Source: Pirellulaceae bacterium (GTDB taxonomy: Bacteria > Planctomycetota > Planctomycetia > Pirellulales > Pirellulaceae). Taken from it: a DNA stretch of 64,000 nucleotides. The notes under the pieces were generated by a model. It did no database searches. It saw only the letters and a program-made list of their open reading frames with translations, and was not told the origin of the DNA. The translations under genes were made by a program, and so were the position numbers. The stretch lies in the NCBI GenBank assembly GCA_963781095.1, contig CAWAEA010000013.1, forward strand, positions 79,081 through 143,080, given 5' to 3'. This document shows, piece by piece, positions 1 to 9,677 of this stretch; positions within the stretch are counted from its first letter, which is position 1, and each line of letters begins with the position of its first letter.

Positions 1-1435
1 CGAACAATCCGGTACGTCCAATGAATCCTTTTCCGGCGCAGTAGACGCATCCGGCAGCTTCGTAGGCCGGGCGTCCTGCGAGTTGGGGCTTTCCGAGTGC
101 CATCGCATCGGTTGAGCTGAGGGGAGTTGCAACTCGACATCGAGGGCACAGCTGCCGAACAAGTCGCTGGGCAAGTGCCAGCCGAAGCGTCGCTGCGATC
201 AAGAATGGTTCGACACCCATATCGATCAATCGAGTCACCACTCCGGCCGCCGTGTTGGTGTGCAGGGTGCTGAACACCAAGTGCCCCGTCAGTGACGCTT
301 TGATTGCCAGTTCGGCTGTTTCGGCATCTCGAATCTCTCCCAGCATGATGACATCAGGATCATGACGCAAAATGCTTCGAAGCGCACGAGAGAAGCTTAC
401 CTTTTCCGCCGAATCGACTTCGACTTGCGAAGCACCGGGAATTTCGTATTCGACGGGGTCCTCGATGGTGATGACATTACCGCCGCGGGATTCCAGAAGC
501 TGCGTGATGGCGGTGTAGAGCGTGGTCGACTTGCCGCACCCGGTCGGCCCGGTAAGCAAGATCAGACCATTAGAGCTATTGATCGCACCGGAGAACTTTT
601 CCAGTTCAATCGAATTCATACCCAACTTGGCAAGCGAAGGCTTGCCTTGCATCGGCGTCAAGAGACGCATCGTGACCCGTTCCCCAAATCGGGTCGGAAT
701 CGTAGCAACCCGCACGTCCGTTGGTTTCATGCTCGATGATTGTTTCAGCGAGAATCTACCATCCTGGGGCTTTCGCTTTTCGGCGATGTTTAAACCAGAT
801 AAGACTTTGATTCGACTAATCAATCCAAGCTGTAAGTCGGAAGAGAAACGGTGATAGTCTTCAAGCACGCCGTCAACACGAAACTTTGATTGCAGGAAAT
901 CTTCGGTTGGGACAAGGTGAATGTCGGACGCACCCCGAAGATTTGCCGCTCTGAAGAGTTCATCGCAAGCTTGAACGACCTCGCAAGTTTCGCCGTGCGC
1001 CTCGCTCGCGTTGGCGCGGGTTGTGGGTGGGTTGATCCCCGCAAGTCTGACGAGAAGTTCTTTCTCGTCGGCACGAACCAACCGGAACGGCTCCTTGATC
1101 CGGCTCGCGACGAAGTTTCGCACGGACGCAATGTTGTGATAACTTGTGGCAACGACCACCTCGCCGTTGACTTTGCATAGTCCTAGGACTCGAAATCGTC
1201 GCGCACCACTGACTGGTAGAACTCGCGACCAGACCGGATCAAGCTTCACGATTGAGAGATCAATGTTTTCGAGAACATCGCTTTCGGGAACATCTCGCTC
1301 ATTGATCAACGCAGCTTCCTGAGCCGACTCAGTGTCGGATAAGGCCCCTGTTGCCGAAACGTTCACCGCCGGTAAGTTCAGCACCGGAGCGATCGGACCC
1401 ATGAATGAAGTAACATCGAAGTTCGACTGATTCAT
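1..1435 (-). CDS. GspE/PilB family secretion/pilus assembly ATPase (3' end runs off the window)
   Basis: Own minus-strand translation: Walker A LILLTGPTGCGKSTT (~530-565), VFSTLHTN, LAQRLVRQLCPRC...GCVYC Zn motif. ATG at 1435 overlaps the upstream stop (ATGA). Absent from the ORF track because no stop lies in the window. Confidence 0.93.
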   Translation of the reverse strand, partial: MNQSNFDVTSFMGPIAPVLNLPAVNVSATGALSDTESAQEAALINERDVPESDVLENIDLSIVKLDPVWSRVLPVSGARRFRVLGLCKVNGEVVVATSYHNIASVRNFVASRIKEPFRLVRADEKELLVRLAGINPPTTRANASEAHGETCEVVQACDELFRAANLRGASDIHLVPTEDFLQSKFRVDGVLEDYHRFSSDLQLGLISRIKVLSGLNIAEKRKPQDGRFSLKQSSSMKPTDVRVATIPTRFGERVTMRLLTPMQGKPSLAKLGMNSIELEKFSGAINSSNGLILLTGPTGCGKSTTLYTAITQLLESRGGNVITIEDPVEYEIPGASQVEVDSAEKVSFSRALRSILRHDPDVIMLGEIRDAETAELAIKASLTGHLVFSTLHTNTAAGVVTRLIDMGVEPFLIAATLRLALAQRLVRQLCPRCRVATPLSSTDAMALGKPQLAGRPAYEAAGCVYCAGKGFIGRTGLF

Positions 1436-1974
1436 TGCAGTGCTTCCATGAATCGAAATTCGGATTCCCACTGGCACGGTTCCGCCGGTTCAGGCCGGTT
1501 CATTGATAGTATTAGCGCGGATGCATGCGGGATGTTCGCTTCGATTGACGCGAAGGCGGCAAGCACATCATGAAAGCTGCCCACGAGCGAGAGACGATGC
1601 CTCATCGAGGATGAACGGGGATGGGTTGGATCGAGATTGCCCGGCTCGATATTGGTGCATTGCACACCGTGGCTTTGAAACATGTGAACTACCTTTTTCA
1701 AAGACTGCACAGCCGTTTGAGAATCGGCGATTGGATTCGACACGTTCTTGTCGGATTGTCCACGAACCATACGGACGATATCGGAATCATGCGGTTGAAC
1801 TTGTGCTCGCCGGCGCAGCGTGTCGAGCGCAATGGTTCTGCGTTCCAGGCCGTCGGCAATTTGACGGCCTTGAGATCGTTGGGGAATTGCGCCGAAGATA
1901 ACGTAGGCAAGCACAACCGCCAGGGACGGCACCATCATCTTCGGGTACTTCAAGCGGAATCGACTAGCGGGCAT
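1432..1974 (-). CDS. PilO/GspM-like inner-membrane platform protein
   Basis: 180 aa, one N-terminal TM helix, 'LSLVGSFHDVLAAFASIE' resembles the PilO ferredoxin-like motif; operon position. Confidence 0.55.
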   Translation of the reverse strand: MPASRFRLKYPKMMVPSLAVVLAYVIFGAIPQRSQGRQIADGLERRTIALDTLRRRAQVQPHDSDIVRMVRGQSDKNVSNPIADSQTAVQSLKKVVHMFQSHGVQCTNIEPGNLDPTHPRSSSMRHRLSLVGSFHDVLAAFASIEANIPHASALILSMNRPEPAEPCQWESEFRFMEALQ

Positions 1975-3172
1975 CCGTGACTCCGTTTTTGGCCGCAGCG
2001 AGTTGCTGGGTTGACCGTTGTCTCGGAATCAGCATCGCCTCAAAAAAGACCAAGTCATTCGACGGATTGATCGAGATTTTGGCAGGCTGGACGCCCCAAT
2101 GCGATGAATCCAATTGCGATTCGACCTGTTCGACGAATCGGAGCACGGCACCATGATCCATGGCGATTCCCGAAAGCACGACTGACTTTTCTTGCCAGTC
2201 GATACGGCGGATCCAGTGCGAAGCAAAAGCCGTTGCCGCCAAGGCCTTGAGGACTTGCAGAGGTCGCCTTCGCATGACCTCGTACTCGGATTGCACTCGT
2301 CGTAACTCATTCAATCTCTGAGTCTGGATTTCCTGTTCGGACTCCCGCTTTCGTCGGTCTTCTTGTTCGGCACGCGAACGGCTCTCTTGCTGCTCGATAC
2401 CGGCCTTGACCTGTGTTTCTTCTTGAGCCAATCTCGCTTCTACCACGATAAGCTTGCTCAACCGTTGCTCACCGTAGAGATGCAGCGCAAGGCATAGAAA
2501 GAAGACGACAAACGCTATCGCGATTCCAGTTCGCCATTGTTGCGTTTCACTCGGTTCGGTGGGCAGCGGACGAATCAGGGGAGCGTGATTTGGTTCAGAC
2601 AAAAATTTCGATTGCCATTGCCGTGCAAGGTCAATGCAGGATTCGACCGTTGCCAGTGTTGATTCTTGGCTTTCAAGATTATCCGACGAGGGTGGCTCGA
2701 TCATGCTTGAGCCAAAGCCGATCAGCTTTCTCGTAAGCTTGGCAAGAATTGCTTCGGCCGCGTCTAGTTGGGTAGACGCGGCTTGGGTGACCCACCATGT
2801 CGTTTGATTATCCGATGAGTCGACTCGCACATACCCCAGACGGCTGTCGAAAGCGGATAGACCCGACTCAAACTCAGCCTCGAGCGCCAGTGTTTGCTCG
2901 AGTTGGTCGTCGGCAATGACCGTCACGATCTCATTTGCCAAGCAAACTTGCCCGGTCCAGAACTCATCCGATAGGATGACCAAGTGGCCACATTTTTGGG
3001 GGCCAAGGGCGAGAGCGGCACGAATCCCGTCTGTAAAGTCCAGGTTGCCGTGCCGATTGATGCGAGCCGAGCAAACAACTTGGTCGAGATTGCCGGAGAG
3101 TAAGTCCACCCGCGCCAGGGTGTCGACCGTCACGATCAAGATCGTATCGAGGCGTGAAGCGATTGCAAACAT
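1964..3172 (-). CDS. PilM/PilN (GspL)-like assembly protein
   Basis: Cytoplasmic N-domain, TM helix, coiled coil, C-terminal 'WIRRI...VVLSGIA...VLRFVEQVE' PilN-like domain. Start placed at ATG 3172 behind GGAG. Confidence 0.6.
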   Translation of the reverse strand: MFAIASRLDTILIVTVDTLARVDLLSGNLDQVVCSARINRHGNLDFTDGIRAALALGPQKCGHLVILSDEFWTGQVCLANEIVTVIADDQLEQTLALEAEFESGLSAFDSRLGYVRVDSSDNQTTWWVTQAASTQLDAAEAILAKLTRKLIGFGSSMIEPPSSDNLESQESTLATVESCIDLARQWQSKFLSEPNHAPLIRPLPTEPSETQQWRTGIAIAFVVFFLCLALHLYGEQRLSKLIVVEARLAQEETQVKAGIEQQESRSRAEQEDRRKRESEQEIQTQRLNELRRVQSEYEVMRRRPLQVLKALAATAFASHWIRRIDWQEKSVVLSGIAMDHGAVLRFVEQVESQLDSSHWGVQPAKISINPSNDLVFFEAMLIPRQRSTQQLAAAKNGVTDAR

Positions 3173-3176
3173 GGCG

Positions 3177-4107
3177 TTAGCGAAGCTCCATTTCGATACG
3201 CACATCGGCATCGCCCGTGATGACGAAGTAATGGACATAGCTCGAACGAGTGACCGTCTCGCCAAGATCAAGCTGTTGATCCATGTCGATGTCACTCCAT
3301 TGAATGCCTCTCGCGGCCGCGGTTCCGTGAGTAAGATTTGCTCGCGATGTTTCGAAGGTTCCGTTGGACGCGACCGGCAGCATGATCTCTTCGATTGCTC
3401 CCGTGGTCCCACCGTTGGCATTGACGCTGTAGAGCAGAACGCCCAGTTGAATCAGTGCGCCGGGTAATGGATTGATGCGTGATCCCGATACTCCGTCGAT
3501 TTCGAACAGACGAAAGGTTGCACTCGAGGTGTAATCCACCGAAGGGATGACAACCGACAGATCGGCTCGATAGCCGTCTTCGGGCGCAACGGAGTCATTG
3601 TCAGAACCCAGCGATGAGAAGTCAAAATCGCCGCCATCGGGATCGATCAATGCGGCGCAGTCCCCACCCGTCCAGAATACTGGTTTGGCCGGCACCAAGT
3701 TGAAAATAGGGTCCCCTCCATCCGCTTGAAAGAGTTACGTCGTTGGTCGCGTCACGATCAGAGTCAAAGGACTGCACGGTGTGTGCAATCAGACCGACCG
3801 GTTGCGATGTAAAATCGGTCAAGGAATTTGGAAGTCCACCCGTATCGGCAATGAAACCAGAGATGATTGGTTGGCCATTGATCTGTCGCTCCGATGGACG
3901 GCCGAGAGTGGCGCCGCGGAGATCCTCGAGCAGTTGTTGAGTGACCTGATAGCGAGTTTGGTCGGCAAGCGGTTCCAACGAGCGTACGGCGACGGTCGAT
4001 AGGACCGCGAGAATGCCCAGTGAAACGATTAGCTCTAAAAGCGTTAATCCGTAGCGAGTCGTTGGACGTTTTGAACTAGTGCAGCGCAAGAGTGACATAA
4101 ACGTCAT
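3177..4107 (-). CDS. Prepilin-type (N-methylation) minor pilin, split by a frameshift near 3660
   Basis: G|LTLLELIVSLGILAVL cleavage motif and GWRGPY...LDGWG in ORF 3622..4107, continuing in the frame of ORF 3177..3698 (LIDPDGGDFDFSSLGSD). Confidence 0.8.
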
Positions 4108-4630
4108 CTCCTATGTCGGTACTCGTCAGATCGCTTGTGGCCGTGGAAGGCGGAATGTTGACCGAACCGTCTGGTCCGCCCGAGACGATTCGAACATCAC
4201 GCAGTGACGCAGACGGGTCAACATCTTGAATCGCAATCTGGTTATTCCAAGCGTCGATGAGCGACGGCGAAAGGACAGGCACGTTGCCACCCGTCGATGA
4301 AACTAAATAAGGGCCCCGCCAACCCATGAGTGTATTAGGGGAAAAGTCCTCGGTCGCATCACCGGTGACTGGATTGGCGAACAGCCAAGAAATATCCAAA
4401 CGATTCGTCTCGATGGCAACCGAGGTAATTCCATTTAACGTCACATGTTTGGTATCACGCCAATATTCGCGAACGGCGTCGCGGACACTCACCAGCGAAT
4501 GCTCGGTCGTGACTTGCTGAGCATTTTGGATCGTGCCGGTGAAAAGCGGTACGAGCATTCCAGCAAGTGCAGCCAGTACAGAAAGCACGACCACCAACTC
4601 GACGAGCGTGTGGCCTTTTCTTGTACGCAT
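4076..4630 (-). CDS. Prepilin-type minor pilin/pseudopilin
   Basis: KG|HTLVELVVVLSVLAAL; GWRGPYL...DAWNN...SGGPDG pseudopilin-like motifs. Confidence 0.88.
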   Translation of the reverse strand: MRTRKGHTLVELVVVLSVLAALAGMLVPLFTGTIQNAQQVTTEHSLVSVRDAVREYWRDTKHVTLNGITSVAIETNRLDISWLFANPVTGDATEDFSPNTLMGWRGPYLVSSTGGNVPVLSPSLIDAWNNQIAIQDVDPSASLRDVRIVSGGPDGSVNIPPSTATSDLTSTDIGDDVYVTLALH

Positions 4631-4672
4631 GATGATCCACCACTCATGTTTTCATTTTAGCAAGAACTTGGT

Positions 4673-4700
4673 TTACGAAAGCATCAGCCCCCTTTCGTAA
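4673..4700 (-). terminator. Stem-loop directly downstream of the first pilin gene
   Basis: TTACGAAAG (4673-4681) / CTTTCGTAA (4692-4700), perfect 9-bp stem with a 10-nt loop. Confidence 0.6.
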
Positions 4701-4711
4701 GCACGTTCCTA

Positions 4712-5455
4712 CTAGAGGTTCGATACGATCGCGAAGTAGTCAGCCAATCCAGAGGCCTGTCCTTCGCCGGTGGGCGTGATCACGGTGACCAATTTGGCAC
4801 GGGTTAGCGGATCCGTTCCGTCGGTGATCTGAAAAACCGCGATGAAACGGCCGTACACCGCGGTGGGATTCAACGCGCCGCGTTCAGGGAAGTAAACCGG
4901 TGCGTCCATGTTTGTCTTACCATTCATGTCCGATAGGCCGCCGATGCCGAGAACAACGTACTTGCCCAAGGTGCCGGTGGTTTCAAGTCCCAAGTTCACC
5001 TGCGTCGCTGCGGTCAGACCCTTCAGTACGGTGGAGTCGGTCAAAGTCGTTGCCGTCGCCAGTTCAAAGGTCGTGTCGCCAGCGGTGTGAACGCCAACGC
5101 TGGTGATGCCAGCCGAATTGAGCGGGACGAGCGTCGTCGCGTCCAAAGTCACATCGGCCGTTGCGGCGATGAGTTCTGCACTGAGTGTGTCGAGGTCAGT
5201 ACCCGTCAAGTCGGACATCAAGCTGTCGAGATCATTGGGATACGAGAGGTACTGTGTTTCATATCGTTGAACCGAGTTGGCGACTTCCGAAATGTTCGAA
5301 ACCGCGGAACTTGCATTCGTGCGGCTTACCATGTCCGTCACGGCAGGAATCAAGATTGCTGCCAAACCGACAAGGATCATCAACACGACAATCAGTTCCA
5401 CCAAGGTGAAGCCGACTTGCTTTTTATTTTTCGTTGGGGCTGTCATTTCAATCAC
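4712..5455 (-). CDS. Prepilin-type protein, probable major pilin
   Basis: KKQVG|FTLVELIVVLMILVGLAAILIP; first gene of the operon and followed by a hairpin. Confidence 0.88.
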   Translation of the reverse strand: MIEMTAPTKNKKQVGFTLVELIVVLMILVGLAAILIPAVTDMVSRTNASSAVSNISEVANSVQRYETQYLSYPNDLDSLMSDLTGTDLDTLSAELIAATADVTLDATTLVPLNSAGITSVGVHTAGDTTFELATATTLTDSTVLKGLTAATQVNLGLETTGTLGKYVVLGIGGLSDMNGKTNMDAPVYFPERGALNPTAVYGRFIAVFQITDGTDPLTRAKLVTVITPTGEGQASGLADYFAIVSNL

Positions 5456-5767
5456 ATGTTTTTATAGGGTGTACGATTCTCGTCAGTTAACGACACCCCT
5501 AATCGCTTTTTGTTGCGTAGATGACGTGAACAACTCAATCGAAAAACTCTAGCACGTCAATTTCGCCAAGCTCGTAAAGCCAGAATAAAGCGGAAACGAA
5601 CAAGGAGATTTTGCTAGCAAACCCGCAAAATCGGAACCCCGATCTTTGTGATGTTAACCGCAAAACCCCTTCAATCAGGCTATCCGGCTCAAGTCGCAAA
5701 CTTTGACCGGTCGATACCCCACAGAGGATCTATCTGTACGCGAACTTTCGACCGGAACCAAATTTGG

Positions 5768-7843
5768 ATGTTCATTCTTGCTTTAAGACTGAAGCGAGCC
5801 CCCTTTATGCTGGGTGTTGCGCTGTCCGTCTTATTGTTGGGAACGGCAAATAGGGTCCGGGCACAGGCCACACCGCCGCGATCGGAGTCACCCGAGCAGC
5901 TCGGCGACATGGCGGCGAAATATCCCGATGTGCATGTCGAAGACATGCCAGCACCGTTCTCGATCGTAGAAACCAACGCGGACGAGATCGAAATGATTCT
6001 GCCGGCTCGAACAAGAGTCAGCCCATCGACCCCACGAAAGCATGTTTCACGCATTCAGTTCGACGGAGTGACGCTTGCCGAAGCAATGAAACTCTTTGCG
6101 ACGGAAACCGGGCTGAACGTCATCTGTTCCGCAGAAGCGGGCAAAACCGTGATCACGGTGTACCTGCGAAATGTCGAACCCATCGCAGCACTTGAAGCGA
6201 TTGTGAAGGCCAACGGTTTGTTTTATCGGATCGACGATGAGTCCCAGATCTACCGGATTGCGACATCGGAGGAGTACGAGAAAGATCTGACGAGTTTTCG
6301 TGAAGAACAAACCCGTGTTTTCACCTTGCTCTATCCCAACCCCGTTGCGGTGGCCCAGGTGATCGGTCAGATCTATGGCAACCTAGTTGATCTGAACATG
6401 GCGGATGCCGACACGGACAACCTCGCCGACCTATCTCAACGGTTCAATCGTTTTGATTTGGTTGACGGTCGCGCCCTGGGACTCGGAAATTTTGACCGCA
6501 GCTCATCGTCATCCGCCGCCGCGGGCAATTTGCCATTCGGTCAAGGTGGCATTCGACCAGATTTGGCTGGTGCTGGATCTCTCCTGAATCGATCTCAGAA
6601 CAACTTTGGACGTCATTCGTATTCACGCGACGAGGTGCCTGGGCAACTCACAGTCAACGAGATCCAAGACGTCGAGGATCAGCTCGCCCTTGCTGGTCAG
6701 ATCAGCGACGGCAATCGACTCAACTTAGTAAAGCGTGGTAAGGCGACCATTTACGTGTCGACGATCCGGCGGAACAACCAAATTGTCGTTCGCACCGCCG
6801 ACATTCACTCGATGGCAGAAATCGAGCAACTGGTAAGGCAACTCGACGTGCCAACTCCCACAGTGCTGCTAGAGGTCAAGGTATTGCGGGTTAATTTGGC
6901 AGACGGGGTCAGTTCCGCATTTGAGTATTTCGGCAGTGCCAGCGGAGCTTCCAATACGTTTAGTGATGGCAGCCTGGCACCAGAATTTCCTGGAGCCGCC
7001 ACGGTGGGTCGCGCCGTTGCAAATGGACTTGGCCTGGCCGGCAGTGTTCCCGGTTCACTCACCTTCCAAGTCGTCGATAGCAACTTTCGATTTCGGATGC
7101 AGGCGTTGGAAAGTCAAAGTCGTGTGACGGCGTTGGCGACACCGCTGATCATGACAGCCAATAATGAGGTGAGTCGCATTTTTGTAGGCGATACCTTGCC
7201 CTTTACCGTGGGCTTCACGCCGTCGCAGGTGGTCGGCGGACTCAATGCAGTCAGCAGCGGTGTTGCGGCAACACCCATTACGGAATTGAGAGATGTCGGC
7301 CAATCGCTATTGATCACACCGAACATCAATGCCGATCGAACGGTCACCTTAAGAGTGGTTGAAGAAAACTCAGAGCGGATTTTGGGCGGCGGTTCGATCC
7401 CCATTCCAGACGCTAATGGTTCGGGAGTGACAACCGTGAAGGTGGACACCGTTCGACGACGAACGGTCAGCGGAACTATCGTTGCTCATGACGGCATGGC
7501 TGTCGCATTGGGCGGACTGATCGAAGAGACCGTTAGCGATTCGAAGGACAAAATCCCGGTGCTCGGCAACCTACCTGGGCTGGGATTTCTATTTCGTCGG
7601 CAAGCCTCTTTGCGTTCTCGAAGTGAGTTGATCGTGGTGATACGCCCCTACGTTTTCAGCACCCCCAGCGAGTCCGCCGCAACGACCCATTCAATTCTTG
7701 GTGAACTGAGTACACATCCCAACAGTCCCGATGCGACGGGCACCATGAATAGCTACATGCCGTGTGATGTGATCCATTCGGATCCCGAATGTCGTTCGCG
7801 GGCAGGTCTCTTCCGATTTCATAACATGAGTGCCGTGAAATAG
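5768..7843 (+). CDS. Secretin (GspD/PilQ family)
   Basis: Signal peptide, STN-like N-domain, 'LDVPTPTVLLEVKV', 'LATPLIMTANN', 'VALGGLI...KIPVLGNLPGLGFLFR...SELIVVIRP'. Start uncertain (ORF from 5648). Confidence 0.93.
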   Translation: MFILALRLKRAPFMLGVALSVLLLGTANRVRAQATPPRSESPEQLGDMAAKYPDVHVEDMPAPFSIVETNADEIEMILPARTRVSPSTPRKHVSRIQFDGVTLAEAMKLFATETGLNVICSAEAGKTVITVYLRNVEPIAALEAIVKANGLFYRIDDESQIYRIATSEEYEKDLTSFREEQTRVFTLLYPNPVAVAQVIGQIYGNLVDLNMADADTDNLADLSQRFNRFDLVDGRALGLGNFDRSSSSSAAAGNLPFGQGGIRPDLAGAGSLLNRSQNNFGRHSYSRDEVPGQLTVNEIQDVEDQLALAGQISDGNRLNLVKRGKATIYVSTIRRNNQIVVRTADIHSMAEIEQLVRQLDVPTPTVLLEVKVLRVNLADGVSSAFEYFGSASGASNTFSDGSLAPEFPGAATVGRAVANGLGLAGSVPGSLTFQVVDSNFRFRMQALESQSRVTALATPLIMTANNEVSRIFVGDTLPFTVGFTPSQVVGGLNAVSSGVAATPITELRDVGQSLLITPNINADRTVTLRVVEENSERILGGGSIPIPDANGSGVTTVKVDTVRRRTVSGTIVAHDGMAVALGGLIEETVSDSKDKIPVLGNLPGLGFLFRRQASLRSRSELIVVIRPYVFSTPSESAATTHSILGELSTHPNSPDATGTMNSYMPCDVIHSDPECRSRAGLFRFHNMSAVK

Positions 7844-7876
7844 GCATTTGTCCAATAGGACGCGGGGTAGTTTCTC

Positions 7877-9451
7877 ATGAAGCGTTTTCAATATGTCACG
7901 GCTGGAGGTTTAGCCGCATTGCTGTTGTCTGGGTGCACCATGATCGAAAAAAAGAATCGATCAGTCGAGTCGAACAAGACGCAATCTGTTTCATCGGATT
8001 CCGAAAGCAACCCGAGTCTCCTATCGTCCGTGGACGACCAGCAAAAAGTTGCCAATCCACCTGCGAAGACGATCCGTTTCGAGGGGAAGGAAACGTTGCT
8101 AGGCACTTCGGACTTGGCGCCGATCGCGACCGATCAATTCTGTGATGAGTTGTCGATGCTGTTGAACCTAGAAAAATTCTTTAGCGCGAAGAACCTAATC
8201 TGTAAAAATTCCGACGCGGCCGAACAGGCCATGTGGGAGCGATTTTCCAATGCAGACCACGATCCGCTCGTTGCCTTTGTCGCAAAGGTCTTATCACACA
8301 ATCTTTCTGAAACGATTTCGTGGGACGGACTGCTGGTCAGTGCGGAGCTTCGGCCATCGGAAGCCGTGCTCTACCAGCAGGCGAGATCCCGGTTCGCCAT
8401 CAAGCTGAAGTCGGAAGAGCCGACCGATCAGGAAACGGAAGAGCTTAGGATCGCTGCCGAGCGTCTCAGTCATCCTTTGGCGATGGCAGACGCGCTGAGG
8501 CTGATCGCGTTACGTGAATTGGCTGCTCACCGCGACGCGTGGGCAGAGTCGCTATTCCTTCAGGCATCCGAGATCGCCGAGCAACATCACGATTTGGCGC
8601 GAGCGGCCGAGTGTTGGTTGATGGTTGCGACGACGATCAATCGGACCGACCGACAATTGGAAGCACAACTCGCGTGGACACGCTCCGTCGAGAATCAGTT
8701 GGCGTTCCAGGTTGCATCGAATCGTCCAATGAATGTTAATTATTGGCTAAGGATCGAAGAACAGCGACCCAGCGGCGCGGCCTGGCCGAAACAAACGTCT
8801 GCTTCTCTCAAACCATGTTGCATTGACACGGGGATCCAGGTCTCCAACGAATCCGCGGCGGAACTGGTGGTCTTTTGTAGCATCGCGTCGTCGCTCTACG
8901 AGAGTTCTCATCCCGAGCAGGGTCTCGTGAACTTTAAAAAGGCCGAAGCCTTTGCCAAGGGTGATAATTTGATATGGCTGCAGATTGCTCAAAGCAAATG
9001 CTTGGCCGCGTTGGGGCAATCCGAAGCTGCGGCAGCACTGCTCGGCGGTCCCGCCTCTAGTAAAAATCCGTCGATCGCCTCGGCCGCCTCAGCGGCGATC
9101 GGCATCGCCAAATTGCAGGCCGGCGCTTATGAGCAGGGTGCACAGATGCTCAACAAAGCTCTCAGTGGTGAGGGTTCTACCGATTGGCCCACGCGTGACG
9201 TGTACGAAGCAGATTTCGCCTTGGCCCAACTGATCATCGGAGACACCGATCGAGGTCTGGAATCGCTTCATGCCGTTCAAGAAAAGTTTCGCATCCGAAG
9301 TGACAGGGTTTCGTTGCTGCAGTCGCTCGAGAATGAACTCCAGCTTCTTGAGCATGAAGGGCGATCCGAAAAATCCACCATCGTCGCGTCGCAAATTCGC
9401 GAGATCGAAACCTCTCTGGGATTTTCAAAAGAGTGGCAAGTGACTCGGTAG
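7877..9451 (+). CDS. Helical-repeat (TPR-like) lipoprotein
   Basis: Lipobox LLLSG|C, Ala/Leu-rich helical repeats, immediately downstream of the secretin. Confidence 0.7.
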   Translation: MKRFQYVTAGGLAALLLSGCTMIEKKNRSVESNKTQSVSSDSESNPSLLSSVDDQQKVANPPAKTIRFEGKETLLGTSDLAPIATDQFCDELSMLLNLEKFFSAKNLICKNSDAAEQAMWERFSNADHDPLVAFVAKVLSHNLSETISWDGLLVSAELRPSEAVLYQQARSRFAIKLKSEEPTDQETEELRIAAERLSHPLAMADALRLIALRELAAHRDAWAESLFLQASEIAEQHHDLARAAECWLMVATTINRTDRQLEAQLAWTRSVENQLAFQVASNRPMNVNYWLRIEEQRPSGAAWPKQTSASLKPCCIDTGIQVSNESAAELVVFCSIASSLYESSHPEQGLVNFKKAEAFAKGDNLIWLQIAQSKCLAALGQSEAAAALLGGPASSKNPSIASAASAAIGIAKLQAGAYEQGAQMLNKALSGEGSTDWPTRDVYEADFALAQLIIGDTDRGLESLHAVQEKFRIRSDRVSLLQSLENELQLLEHEGRSEKSTIVASQIREIETSLGFSKEWQVTR

Positions 9452-9677
9452 GCTCTGATTGGTAAGCTCGGCGTCGAAAGATGACTGGGTCGACCCCAAA
9501 TACGCTAACTTAACGTTGCCAAGTGCAACGAATCGGTGCGGAGTTCGGTTATATTTGTAAGCTGCGTTGGCATGGAAAGTTCATGCATGACGTTGCCTTG
9601 AATACCCGTAGCGCCAGCAAATTGCACCGGCGGCACATGGAAGTCATTCTTTCCAGCCTGAAGAAAGGTCAACCTGA

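Noticed and set aside
3640-3680. Phase variation of the third pilin at GGGTGGGG
   Set aside because: The tract is too short and many unrelated genes show similar indels; assembly error is more parsimonious
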